Part shown: in pieces, positions 38,592 to 50,329 of the stretch
How the letters are laid out: every line of letters begins with the position of its first letter
How positions within the stretch are numbered: position 1 is the first letter of the stretch
Assembly: GCF_009914755.1 (NCBI RefSeq)
Contig: NC_060926.1
Direction: 5' to 3' (one strand)
DNA: 64,000 bases
DNA from: the human T2T-CHM13v2.0 reference genome, Homo sapiens
Notes under the pieces: generated by a model
Database searches by the model: none
Seen by the model: the letters and a program-made list of their open reading frames with translations, nothing else
Told to the model about the DNA's origin: nothing
Translations under genes and position numbers: made by a program

Positions 38592-38835
38592 GACCTGCTC
38601 CGCCGCGACGTGTTGTACTACAAGGGCCGGCTGGACATGGACGGCCTGGAGGTGGTGGACCTGGAGGACGGGAAGGACAGAGACCTCCATGTGAGCATCA
38701 AGAACGCCTTCCGGCTGCACCGTGGCGCCACAGGGGACAGCCACCTGCTGTGCACCAGGAAGCCTGAGCAGAAGCAGCGCTGGCTCAAGGCCTTTGCCAG
38801 GGAGAGGGAGCAGGTGCAGCTGGACCAGGAGACAG
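38592..38835 (+). CDS. ARHGEF4: ARHGEF4 exon, PH domain ([13 protein letters not shown]…KQRWLKAF…QET)
   Basis: PH C-terminal helix with conserved W; CAG acceptor, donor CAG|GTTCGA; 244 nt. Confidence 0.95.
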
Positions 38836-39661
38836 GTTCGAGACCCTGCTGGGCCTTGCCCCGCCCCCAGGGCCCACCCGGCGCTCCCGCCTGCCTGGCC
38901 GCCTGCCGGTCAGGAGAGCGCCGCTCAGCCCTCTCAGGTTGCAGGGTGTAGCAAGGCTCCAGGCACCTCTAGGTCCCAGTCATGAGCATAAGGCTTTGCC
39001 TTCATCACCTCAATGGCAGGGTTACCTGACCGCATCCCATGATACAGTTTCACAGAGTTCAGCCCCAAGGCATGGGTCTGCTGGCTTTTGGGGAGTTGTT
39101 TCACTACACGCGCTCACATGTGCACACACTCCATAGGACGGGGTCCTCTGCGCAGTGCCCTGGGTTGCTGGGACCTGCGGGACCCCTTTCCAGCCAGCAA
39201 AAGCCCTGGGAGAGCCTTGGAGTGGGCTGTGGGTACTGGCCTCAGAAGCCTCCCCTGCCCCATGCACGCAGACATCTCCCCACTACACCTTCCCTCCTGT
39301 CCACGGGCCCCCACATTACCCGCCACAGTGACCAGGTCGGCTCTTGGTCTGGGAAGGAGCCTCCACTGCAGTGGAAAAGACACTAGACATGGAGTGAAGG
39401 TGAGAGATGGGTGGGCAGAGGAAGGACTCGGGGATCTTCATTTTCTGCCAGGAGCCCCAGGACAGGACACCAGAGCATGCCCTCTGCCCTGGTTGGCCAA
39501 GGCAGGCTGACTGTGCAGAATGGGCAACAGTCCCCGCTGTGGCCAGTACTGAGTCCCCAGTACATGATGAGACCCTGGGCACCAGGAAGGTGCAGGTGTG
39601 CAGGGAACTGCACCTGGGGCCACGAAGTGGGGCAGCGCCCTCACCTGTGCCCCTTCCTCAG

Positions 39662-39739
39662 GCTTCTCCATCACTGAACTGCAGAGGAAGCAGGCCATGC
39701 TGAATGCCAGCAAGCAGCAGGTCACAGGGAAGCCCAAAG
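39662..39739 (+). CDS. ARHGEF4: ARHGEF4 penultimate exon ([25 protein letters not shown])
   Basis: CAG acceptor, donor AAG|GTAGGC; 78 nt, phase 1/1. Confidence 0.93.
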
Positions 39740-40330
39740 GTAGGCGGACAGCAGCCCCACCTCCTCGGCTGCCCGGTCCTTACCCTGCTGACATCATTCC
39801 CTTCTCTGAACCACAAAGCCAAGCCAGCTAGCCACCAGGCCTGAGGGGGGCCCACTGCCCTTTGCAGCTGTTTGTTCCCAAAGGTTGGTAATAAGGGGCC
39901 ACTGGGGAAGCCTGGGTCAGTATATGGTTGACATTCTTACTCTCAACACCTTGGCTCCCCCAGATCAGGGCCATTGGTGACAATGCTTGTTTCCCCAGGG
40001 TTCCTTCCTGACAGGCATCTGGGGTTGGTGTAGGGATGGAGCTGCTTTCCCCATTTCTACAGAGAGCCATGCCCCTGAAACATCACATGCCTTTGCACAG
40101 GCCACCCCCCTCTTCAGGCTGCTGCAGGAGGCCAGGCCCAGGCCAGAGACCCCAGGCAGCCTGAGCTCTTGGATGTGGTCAGCTCTCCAGGAGCAAGTCC
40201 TGTGTGGCAAAACTGCCTCCTACGGCGGCTCTGAAGCAGAGCCCTGGGACGGACCCCATGCTGTCCCCAACAGCTGGGGTGGCACTCTGCCCTGGGCACC
40301 CATGACCCTCTGCTGTCTCTCCCTGTTCAG

Positions 40331-40482
40331 CTGTTGGCCGGCCCTGCTACCTGACGCGCCAGAAGCACCCAGCCCTGCCCAGCAACCGGCCCCAGCAGCA
40401 GGTCCTGGTGCTGGCGGAGCCCAGGCGCAAGCCATCTACCTTCTGGCACAGCATCAGCCGGCTGGCACCCTTCCGCAAGTGA
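40331..40482 (+). CDS. ARHGEF4: ARHGEF4 last coding exon ([12 protein letters not shown]…[13 protein letters not shown])
   Basis: Strong polypyrimidine tract + CAG; TGA at 40480-40482; C-terminus typical of the Asef/collybistin family. Confidence 0.95.
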
Positions 40483-41526
40483 ACTGGTCCCTGCCTGACA
40501 GCACCTGCTGGGCCTTCCTGCCAGTGGCCCCCAGTTTTTCTTCCCCGAGGCCCACTCGGCCTGGCCTTCCTCTGCCTGCAAGTGAGCAGGGATGGGCTGG
40601 GGAGTTGCTTGTGCCACCAAGACGTGCCAGGTCTGTACTCCTGTTGTCTTTTTCCCTGCTCCTGGTGCCCTGAAGAGACCAGCAAGGGGGCAGACCCCGC
40701 ACTCGCCACACCGCCGCTGCAGCTTGGGCCCCATCCGCCCTCTGGACCTGTGTAGGGCCTCACTGCTGGAGCGGGGAAACCGCAGCTCAGCCCAGGCCCA
40801 GCTGGGGAGAAGGCGCTACCTGCGTGGGACCCTCTTCTCTGGAAACCTAATCCTCCTTTCATTTCCTCTGGGCAGGACTCTCTGGCCTTCTGTGGCCTGC
40901 AATGCCAGGCCATGTGCCCCTCTGCCCTCTAGTTCTCCAAGTCCCCAGCCCGGCCAGTGGTGCCAGGCAGCTTGCCACTTGGGAGGGCAGAAGCCAGGAA
41001 TTCCACACCCTTGTGTTGCGCCCGGAGCCCGCCCTTCGCCTCCCAGCCCCTCAAGACACCGCTGGCTGCTGGACACCCTCTTCACTTGTGTGTGTGTGTG
41101 TAGCGGAAAAGGACAAGACGGTGCAGTCGGCTGCATACTCCCAGTCGGGAGTGTGGTCAGTCTGCCTGCTGCTGTGCGGTAGCTCCAGAACCACCTCGTT
41201 CCTGGTTTTGTTTGGATTTTGGCATCTTGTTTTTCTAACAACAAACAATGGAGAAAAAGAATTGATTCTTAGTGACACAGAAGATTGCCTTACGCTCGTG
41301 AGCGTGAGAAGCCATAAGAGAGAGACCGAATTCTGTGGCTCAGCACACAGGACTGACCCACAGCCCAGGCAGCGGGTGTGTGGAGATGGCGCCCTGTCCT
41401 GCCAAGGGGCGCCAGGAGCAGAGCCAGGGCCTGGCGAGCTGGCGTGGAGCCCACAGGATTCAGCAGCATGGACAGTCACTCTTGCACTATTCCTTCTCCA
41501 AGCCAGAAACCACATTTAATTTCATA

Positions 41527-41532
41527 AATAAA
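41527..41532 (+). terminator. ARHGEF4: ARHGEF4 polyadenylation signal AATAAA
   Basis: First AATAAA after the stop codon, in an AT-rich patch followed by GU-rich sequence (ttttctgtgggtgtgcgt). Confidence 0.85.
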
Positions 41533-42164
41533 TTTATGAAAAGTAACCTGGCTGCTAGCCCGTTTTCTGTGGGTGTGCGTGCATTTTCCTGTGGCCAGCA
41601 GCCTCTAAAGGTGGGGTGGGGGCTCACCTGTCGCAGATCACACCCTCGGGGATTTAGTGGAGATGATAGGCTGAGGCGGGGCTGGCTGCAGTTGTTCGCC
41701 TAAGGCGAGCAGGGCCAGGCCATGCTGGTTGCTGATGGGGAATACAGGTAGCTCTGCCCTCCCTTGCACTCAAGACCCAGAAACCAGTGCTTCCCTGTGT
41801 TTGTTTGACTGGAGCTGGCCCACGTGAGTTTGGTGGGTGAGTAGTCAGTAATCTTTCTGGGCCTCAGCATCCCTGGTGAAATGAGGAAGAACGTGTCTTC
41901 CCAGGGTCTTCTGACCCTGGCCACAGAAGCCAGAAGGGGAGCATGGTGCTGCTTCCCTCCCTGTCCCACTTGGGAAAATGGTCCCCTGCAACCTGCTGCC
42001 TCCACCACACTCCAGCACTGCCAAGGTCACTGGGGCTGGACGCCATGGTGGTCTTCTTCTCAAAACCCCTGGCAATCTCCCAACTTGAGAGAAGCCCCAG
42101 CACCTCCCAGTCAGGCCATGCTACCTCTAGACAAAAACCCATATGGAGAAATCATGAAAACCAC

Positions 42165-45100
42165 AATATGCAACACAAGTCAATCTTTATTGAAAACTGC
42201 AGTATTAATACATAACAATTCTTGTTACAATAAACGTGCTTTTGAGATTTTTAAATCTGAGCTCATCTCATCAGATTGCATAAAAAATTAAAATAGTATC
42301 AATTGACACCTAACTGAACTGGCTCAGGATGGAAATTCCATTCCTTGGCATGGATACGTAAGTTCAATGCAGAGGTGAGGGATGCCTTTAACACTGGAAG
42401 ACAATGCTGACTTAGCTTAAAAAAAGTACCGAGAGAACGGTGTAAAAAACGGTATTTAAAAATCATTTTTAAAAAAACAAAAAGGAACCGTTTCTTCTTT
42501 AGTTACAATCCATGAGGCTCTCTAGGGCCTCTCCGTGTGGCCAGCACAGCAACCCTGCTAGGAGCACAAACGGCTGGCCTGAGATCTGGCCCAGCTGCCT
42601 TGCCCACTGGTCTGCACAGGGACTCATGGGCACAGCCTGTGGTGAGGAGGAGACACCTGTCATGCCAGTCCTGGGAGCACACCACCCTTCTGCAGGCCCG
42701 GGGTGGGGTCCCTACACAGACGCCGCTCATCCTCTGTCTCCCCTTCCCAAGTGACTTCACTTCAGTCCTGTGGACCAAGATAAGGCTATCCCCACAGGCT
42801 CTCTCTTCTTCAAATAATGAGTAGGAAAAAGAGACAAACTTTCTGAAACATGCAGTTTCCGACCCAAATAGGCCACATACCCCAACTTCTGTGTTACTTG
42901 GTCAGTTGAGCCCCTGGAGCCCTCAGGACCTACTGATAAAGCATGTCCTCTGCAGTATACTCAAGAGTCTGCTGCCCTTCAGAAAGCCAGAGGGAACACT
43001 CACAAATGCAGAGGTACTAGAGGGGAGAAATACGTGCTCTGCCTTCCCCCAGGCCAACCACACTCTGCTTTAGAGACCCTCTCAGAAAGCACCAGAGAGG
43101 AGGACCAGACGCTGCCACCCACCTCAAGCCACACCCCTGCCACCTGCTGCTGCGCCCAATGGAGGTCCTGTCCTGTCCGGGCAACAGCCAAACTGGCGAC
43201 AATGGACACATCCAACAGTCAGCTGTCGGATAAGGTGAAGGTGGCCCAACTGCTCAGAGTAACACTGTTCTCAAATGTTTAAAAAGGACAGGTGAAGTCT
43301 GGGTCTCCTTTTTTAAAGCAGACACCAATACTTACATAACTAGTACATGTTGGCCTTTCACCAGCACTCACTGGCACTCACAGGTGCCTTACATACCTTA
43401 CGGGGGCCAACACTGACAGGTATTAGTACGTCGCAAGTTGCTGTAATAATGTATTTCCTCTCGTTACTGTTGTGTCCCCCAAGACACATGCAAATTATTT
43501 CCTAGACCTCATTCATCACAGCCAGATGATGCCACCAGAAAGAGCAAGGTACTGTATGCCCAGCTGGGGAAGGGCAAGACACTCACTGACCAGGTGCCCA
43601 CCCCAAGGCTCAGGACCACCCCCATTGCCTGTGAACACATTTGCATAGCACTCAAGAAGGTTTCCCAGAATAGCGACAGGTAGGCCTACAAACCACACCA
43701 AGAAGAACGTTCTTAACAGATGGCTCACGAGAGACATAAAAGGTTCTGGAAGTGCCTTCAGGCCCATTACCATGACTGGCCCTGACTCTGGCCCTCACAG
43801 AGCGGCAAGTTCATGGGTCACTGGCTCACACTAAATGCTCAGCCGCCAGCACAGATCCAAACAAGACCTCCATGAGCAGAGAAACTGCAGCGGCTGAACA
43901 CACTCCCCAAGCCTCAGGGGAGAAGGTGTAGAACAAATATTTTTTAAATAGCCATCATGATGTCCATGTTTACATGAACTAGGTCCTTTGCTTACCTGCT
44001 GTCTCAACTTCTAAAAGAATAGTAATTCAGCTGAAGGACTCCCAAATTAGGAATGTCAAACACACAAAAAGCAAATTTCTCAGAATGCTCCACCATATGC
44101 TTCGGGACAAATTATGAAGCTTTGTAACAGAATTTTGACCCAAGTTCTATTTCTTAATTGACTTTAATTTTACTAGAAGTGAATGTTGATAAAATTACAA
44201 CCTATGACAGTTTTGTGACTATTTCCTAAGTCCAGATTCTTACCTGATATCTACCTTTCGTATCTGACAGCTGACGTCCTAAAAATTTCAAAGTCAGAAA
44301 GATTTCTGCACGGATGTGCAATGCAAACTTATTTCATAAAGCCTCTCAACTTCATAAAAGGGAAAAAAGGTTAAGTTACAGGGAGGAAGAAAAGTGTTTA
44401 TGAAGCTGATGTAAATGGCGTGTGGGGGGTGCAGCCCACTCTTTAAAACACCATCCTGTGTGTGCCAAGTACCAAGCAAGCCTGAAGAGATGCCTGTAAC
44501 TTCTAACCTCCTCCTGAACCCCAAGACTCCAGCCCTCACAGGAGTTGTACATGTATGTTTCCATTTTGTTGTGTGGGGCTTTTTAAAAGCATACACTAAC
44601 ATTGTGAGTATTTTATCCTAATCTATTAGCACTCAATTGGGAAAAAAGACTTCTCTGCTACTTGGTCAGCTGAACCCCTGGAACCGTTAGAACCTACTAA
44701 TCCTGCCAACCATCCACTAAACAGATGGAATTACCAACAGAGACTTGAAGAAAGGGGCACAAACTGTGTGCCTGCGGTAAATGTCTGCCCCCACACATAG
44801 ACACTAAGATGGATTAAGTGCTCATGAAGCAATTTAAAGTACTTATCAGTAAACATTCTATGTTAATAGACATCAGGAATAAAGAATCTGCTGTTTACAA
44901 TGATCCATGCAAAAATATTCCTAAACTTCTTATAAAATAAGATGTGAAAAAGAAAATTATAAGAAGTACTTACTATAAAAAATAAGGTTACCAAAGGCTC
45001 AGTGGTCAGGTGTCCCCCCACCAACCAACTGGGGCAGAATGCTAGTGGGCATCCTCACTGGGCGCCAGTGCCCTGACCCAGCTACCAGCAAATGAAGAGG

Positions 45101-46744
45101 AGCAGAGCCCCCTCCCCACCAGAGCCCACAGCACTCAAACCACCACTGCACTGGGAAGAAGACGCACGCTCCTGCCCTAGAGGCCGCTGAAAGGGACCCA
45201 GGCCTTACATCCCCCACCCCCACTCTGACCCTCACTGAGAACCGACATGCACTCTCATGGATACAGGACGGGCATATTTTGGGGGCGGGGTGGAGGGAAG
45301 CCTTTTCATTTCTTATGTACAAGATTCAGATCCTAAACTCAAATTCCTCTCCCACAATAAACCCTGCCAGCAAACGCACTCCAGCACTGCCTGGCCCTCT
45401 CTGCTGTCTGTGCTTGCTTTGTGCCAAGTGCCCTCAGCTGCAAAAGAGATGGCAGGAGAGGCTCGCAGACAACAGACACTGGCCTCCCCCTCGCCCCATC
45501 TCTAAGCGTCCCCTCCAGCCGGCCTCAGCAGACAAGTCACCACCATCAGGTGGGTGATCCCAGAAGCAGCTACAGGTTTCTACATTTCCAGACATATCCA
45601 CGGCCCTGCCTTTCTACAAGAAATTGGAGGAATTTTAAATAAAGTTTTGTTCCCTTTTAACTCATTCTTAAATATACCACTTTCTTCATAACATACAGCT
45701 GAAACCTTTGCCCTTCTTTGTTGGGGAAAAACAGCAATGCCTACCTGTTTTCAGCTGATTCAAACATTTCTCCAGGAAAAAAAAAAAAAAGGAATGATTT
45801 TCTAAGCTAAATAAAGCAGAGGACAATACCTCCTGCAAGCATGGCTGTTTCTCTTTCACATTTCTTCCATCCCAGGAAAATAATTTAGTTTTACATAGGA
45901 CTTTTCCAATAAAGATATATAAAAACATCATCTCTCTAAGAGAACTGTAATGAAAATTTAGATAGCAGAGAAACTGCTTTGCTGACACATAAACCACCCC
46001 CCTCGCCCCAAATTTCACTGGCCACACTACCATAATCTTTCATGATGAGCTTTAAGCATGTCCCTGTTCCACTGACTCCACCAAGCCTAAACTCAAAGGG
46101 ATGTCCATGAACCAGCTGCACCCAAGCAGCTGTGGCTTCCCTACTCTCTCCCAAACCTCGCAACTCCCTCCCAGGACAGTCAGTGCCAAAGAAACAGGTC
46201 GCTGAAAACTAAAATGTCCACATCCCTAACTGGCAACCCACATCAACCCCAAAAGGTTGAAGAATCATCTAAGATATTTCAGATGCTCTATGAAGAAATT
46301 CACTTTAACACTTATAACTGTAAGACTTTGCATACATTACAACAGTGCATTAGTGATACAAGTTGTAAAATACGTTTCCATTCCTTTGGATTTTGCATAT
46401 GATGGTTTTGCATCAGTCACTGCAGGTAGATTGAGCAAGCTTTTTGTGTTTGTTTTTTTAAACATGCATTCAACTAGATATGATTCAGAATAGATTAATA
46501 CTCCCTTTTTATCATTACAGTTAGCTAAAAAATTGCCAGGCAGTCCACAAAACAGAATTTGCTTTAAGACCAACCCACAGAGTCAGCTGGAGACTAACGG
46601 CGCTGGGGCCTGCTGGGCCGGGATATAGTCGTGTTTAGCTAAGTGTCGAGAGCATTAAGAAGAAAGTCCTGGTTGGAGGCGCAAGGCCTGCAGCACCAGC
46701 TGTGGAATCCCCAATAATGTGACTGCACAGCTCCGTCCTCAAAC
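42165..46744 (-). other. FAM168B: FAM168B terminal non-coding exon (~4.6 kb 3'UTR)
   Basis: Acceptor ctttctgcag| at 46745; repeat-free U-rich sequence; minus-strand AATAAA at 42191-42186. The 3' end is approximate. Confidence 0.8.
42186..42191 (-). terminator. FAM168B: FAM168B polyadenylation signal (TTTATT on +)
   Basis: AATAAA on the minus strand followed by GU/U-rich downstream sequence (ttgtgttgcatattgtggtttt). Confidence 0.8.
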
Positions 46745-47194
46745 CTGCAGAAAGGAAGACAGACACTCAGTCACACAGAGCTCTTCCGGCACCGCTATTC
46801 CAAAATCTCAAGTAGGATGAGGCCCAGCAGGGTCGGAAAGGGCAGCAATGGGCAAAACTGCTGGACCTGGTTCTCACTTCCTTCCTAGAGACCCCCAATT
46901 GCAACTGGAGCCCTATTTCCTGTAGCAGGCAGGTGGGGGGTTAGAGCACATTCCAGGCAAGGCTCAAGATGGACAGTGTCAACAGGAGGTATTCAATGGT
47001 TCCTTCCTTCCTTCTACTCTGTAATGTCTCAATAAAAACAAAAAATTTAAACACTACATTGCCTCTGGATCCAGGGTCAGGCACACTTTCCTCGTTAGTG
47101 CTTAAATATGTGGTAAATTTGCCACTGTCCCATGGAAATGCCCTTTCATCAAAGGCTAGCCCAGCCTTCCCTGGTCACTTACATTTGCAGGTGA

Positions 47195-47307
47195 TCACCA
47201 CTGAGGGGGCACATAGCTGTAAGTGGGCGTTCCTGGGGCCCGGTACGTGGGCACAGTGACCGGGTGGGGGGCGACAGGAGTTGGGGAGTGAGCAGTCAGC
47301 AGGGTAC
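47195..47307 (-). CDS. FAM168B: FAM168B last coding exon (GTLLTAHSPTPVAPHPVTVPTYRAPGTPTYSYVPPQW*)
   Basis: ttccag acceptor; TGA at 47197-47195; the exon continues 12 nt to donor AAT|GTAAGT, ending at 47183. Confidence 0.95.
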
Positions 47308-47569
47308 CTGGAAGAAAGAGCAGCACATGACATGAGGCTGACCTCCTGCACAGCTCCACACTGCCTGATACGCACACAAGCCTGGCCTCTTTGCAAGGAG
47401 GAGGGTATACAGGAAGAGGGATAGTCTTGACCCAGATACTGTCAGAACTCTGATTAGATAATCCCCCACACCCAAAAGTTGTCTCCACACAGCAAGCTCC
47501 ACAGACAATATGTTCGTAAAAGCCTTTTGTGTGTCCCCTTCATAAAGCACACCCAATAATTTTTATAGG

Positions 47570-47885
47570 TCAGATGATAAACAAATGAGTATGCTTCAGC
47601 CTTAACAAGGAAGGAGATTCTGACACATGCTACAATATAGATGAACCTTAAGAACATAATTCTGAAAGAAAGAAGCCAGTCACTAAAAGACAAATACTTA
47701 ATGATTCCACTTAGATGAAGTACCTGGAGTAGTCAAATTCAGAGACAGAAAGAAAGTAGAACAGGGAATTAGCGTTAATGAGTACAGGAGTTCAGATTTG
47801 CAGGATAAAGACGTTCTGGAGCTCTGTTTCACAACAATGTGAATATACTTAACACTACTGAACCGTACTTAAAAAGGGTTAAGAT
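47570..47885 (+). mobile_element. L1MB-like 3' end
   Basis: ttctgacacatgctacaa…gaagccagtcac…atgattccactta…caatgtgaatatacttaacactactgaac. Confidence 0.75.
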
Positions 47886-47886
47886 G

Positions 47887-48545
<659 letters not shown>

Positions 48546-49563
48546 ATGAGGATTCTAAACTACATGAGCTTCTGAGTTCTTTAAGAGAAATCTATTTTTC
48601 CTACAACTGCAGAAACTCAACAACTACTTGAGTCCCTTTATGGACCAGCACCACCTCCAACACAGTGGCACCCAACCTGGTGCCTGCTGCCCTCCCTCCC
48701 TGTGCCTCAAACCAGCAGTTTCTGTCTATGCCCAGTTTCCTGTTCCTTGACAGATAAGTATGGGGAAAACCAAATCAGAGTCTACATTGAAGCACACATA
48801 ATAACCCGGAATGCTTTTCTCTCTGGCATAATTTCCTTACACTGAAGTCAAGTCCAGAAAAACAAGGAGGGAACAGTACGCTTTTGTGTGGGCATGACCT
48901 AAAGGTGGTCATATTGACCCAGAGACCAGGAGGTGAATCCACATGGGTGGTCATACAGATTGGGTGGTCACCCAATCCCTAGACATCAGATCAAACCCCC
49001 AGGGCTTCCGCGGAGATGTGCCCATCCCAGCCAGGGGCCTCATCTTTCCATGGTTTATTTTCCTTAGAGGAGGCCTTGCAAAGTAAAGTACGGTAGATGA
49101 ATGCCAAAGGATTTCTACAGGCAGCTGTTTCTTCTATCAACGCAAGACCAGCTCTCCTAGATGCATGAAAACATCCCGATGAAGACAACTGACCTGCAAA
49201 GACAAGCTCCCCTCAAGGGAAAGGAAGAAGGCCAGAGCAACCCCGGTACACAAAGTGTCCTCCTTCTACTCAAGTCTTACATGGTCATAGGGGGTGGGAG
49301 GAGAGGGGGCACATCCTGCATTGCCAAATGGCTCAGTTCACCAACAAAGCGAGTCCATCAGATTCAGAGAGGCCTCCACAAGGGGTCACTCAGGTAGGCA
49401 AAATAAAAGATAACCTGCTGTTTCTTCCCCAAAGAATTTTCTGTCCTTCCACACAATTACAGCTATGAAAACCTAGAGCCAAGGGTCAGAGGATTCGTGA
49501 GCTCTCCCCTCCCCCAGCTCTAGGGTACACCATAGGACAGACACCGCAGGAACGAGGACTTAC

Positions 49564-49741
49564 CTGCTGACATGGCCATGGTGGTCCCAGCCACCATGCC
49601 CATGGTGACCCCGTTGCCTCTAGGAGGGGGGATGGGAGCAGGGTACACCGTTGCAGGCATGCCGTTGGGCTGCACCACCGTGGTGTGGTGGATGACGTGA
49701 GGAGGTGCTGCATACAGCGGCTGTGTGTAGTACGTGCCTTG
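49564..49741 (-). CDS. FAM168B: FAM168B coding exon ([27 protein letters not shown]…[13 protein letters not shown])
   Basis: ccccacag acceptor, donor CAG|GTAAGT; conserved FAM168 motif [13 protein letters not shown]. Confidence 0.95.
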
Positions 49742-49844
49742 CTGTGGGGAGAAGAGAGACAACTGACACAGGGTCCCAGGGCCAAAGGATGAACGCCCAG
49801 GTGGTATCACCCCTTCCCACACAGCAGTGTGTACCCAAGCATAC

Positions 49845-49987
49845 CTGTGCATACGGGCTCTGCTGGGGGTAGGCACTTCGCACAGGGTACACGGCAGTCT
49901 GGTAGGGGTTCGGGGAGGAGGAGTACGGTGGCACAGCCCCGCTGGTGGGGGAACAGGACACTTTGTAAGGTGTGCCAGGAGTGTAAC
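49845..49987 (-). CDS. FAM168B: FAM168B coding exon ([48 protein letters not shown])
   Basis: Minus-strand ttccag acceptor, donor CAG|GTATGC; recognisable Pro/Tyr-rich FAM168 (MANI) peptide. Upstream exons lie beyond the window. Confidence 0.93.
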
Positions 49988-50329
49988 CTGGAACAAAGAA
50001 GGCAATGGCCTGAGTTCACCCAAGCCGGTCCAGGCGCAGGGAGAGGACACAGGCAGGGAGGAGCTAAGCTGCGTGTCAGCCCCACGCAACTCGCCAGACC
50101 TGCTGCCACTGCCGCCCCCACTCTCCTCCACTAAGATCTGACTTCATTCTTACTTTGTGTGCGTGTGTGCATGCACGTGTGTGTGGTGGCAGGGTGTTGG
50201 GGAGGAGGAAAAAATACCAAAAGAGAACGTTCTACAGATGGAATGCTCACACAAGGACAGGAAATAAAAACTGTCTTGTCCTGCTGGAATTTAAATTGGT
50301 ATGGCATTCCTGGGGCTAAACTTGGCATC

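Noticed and set aside
49520-50131. 203-aa minus ORF as a single-exon FAM168B
   Set aside because: It crosses two exons in different frames plus introns; the true structure follows the GT-AG boundaries given above.
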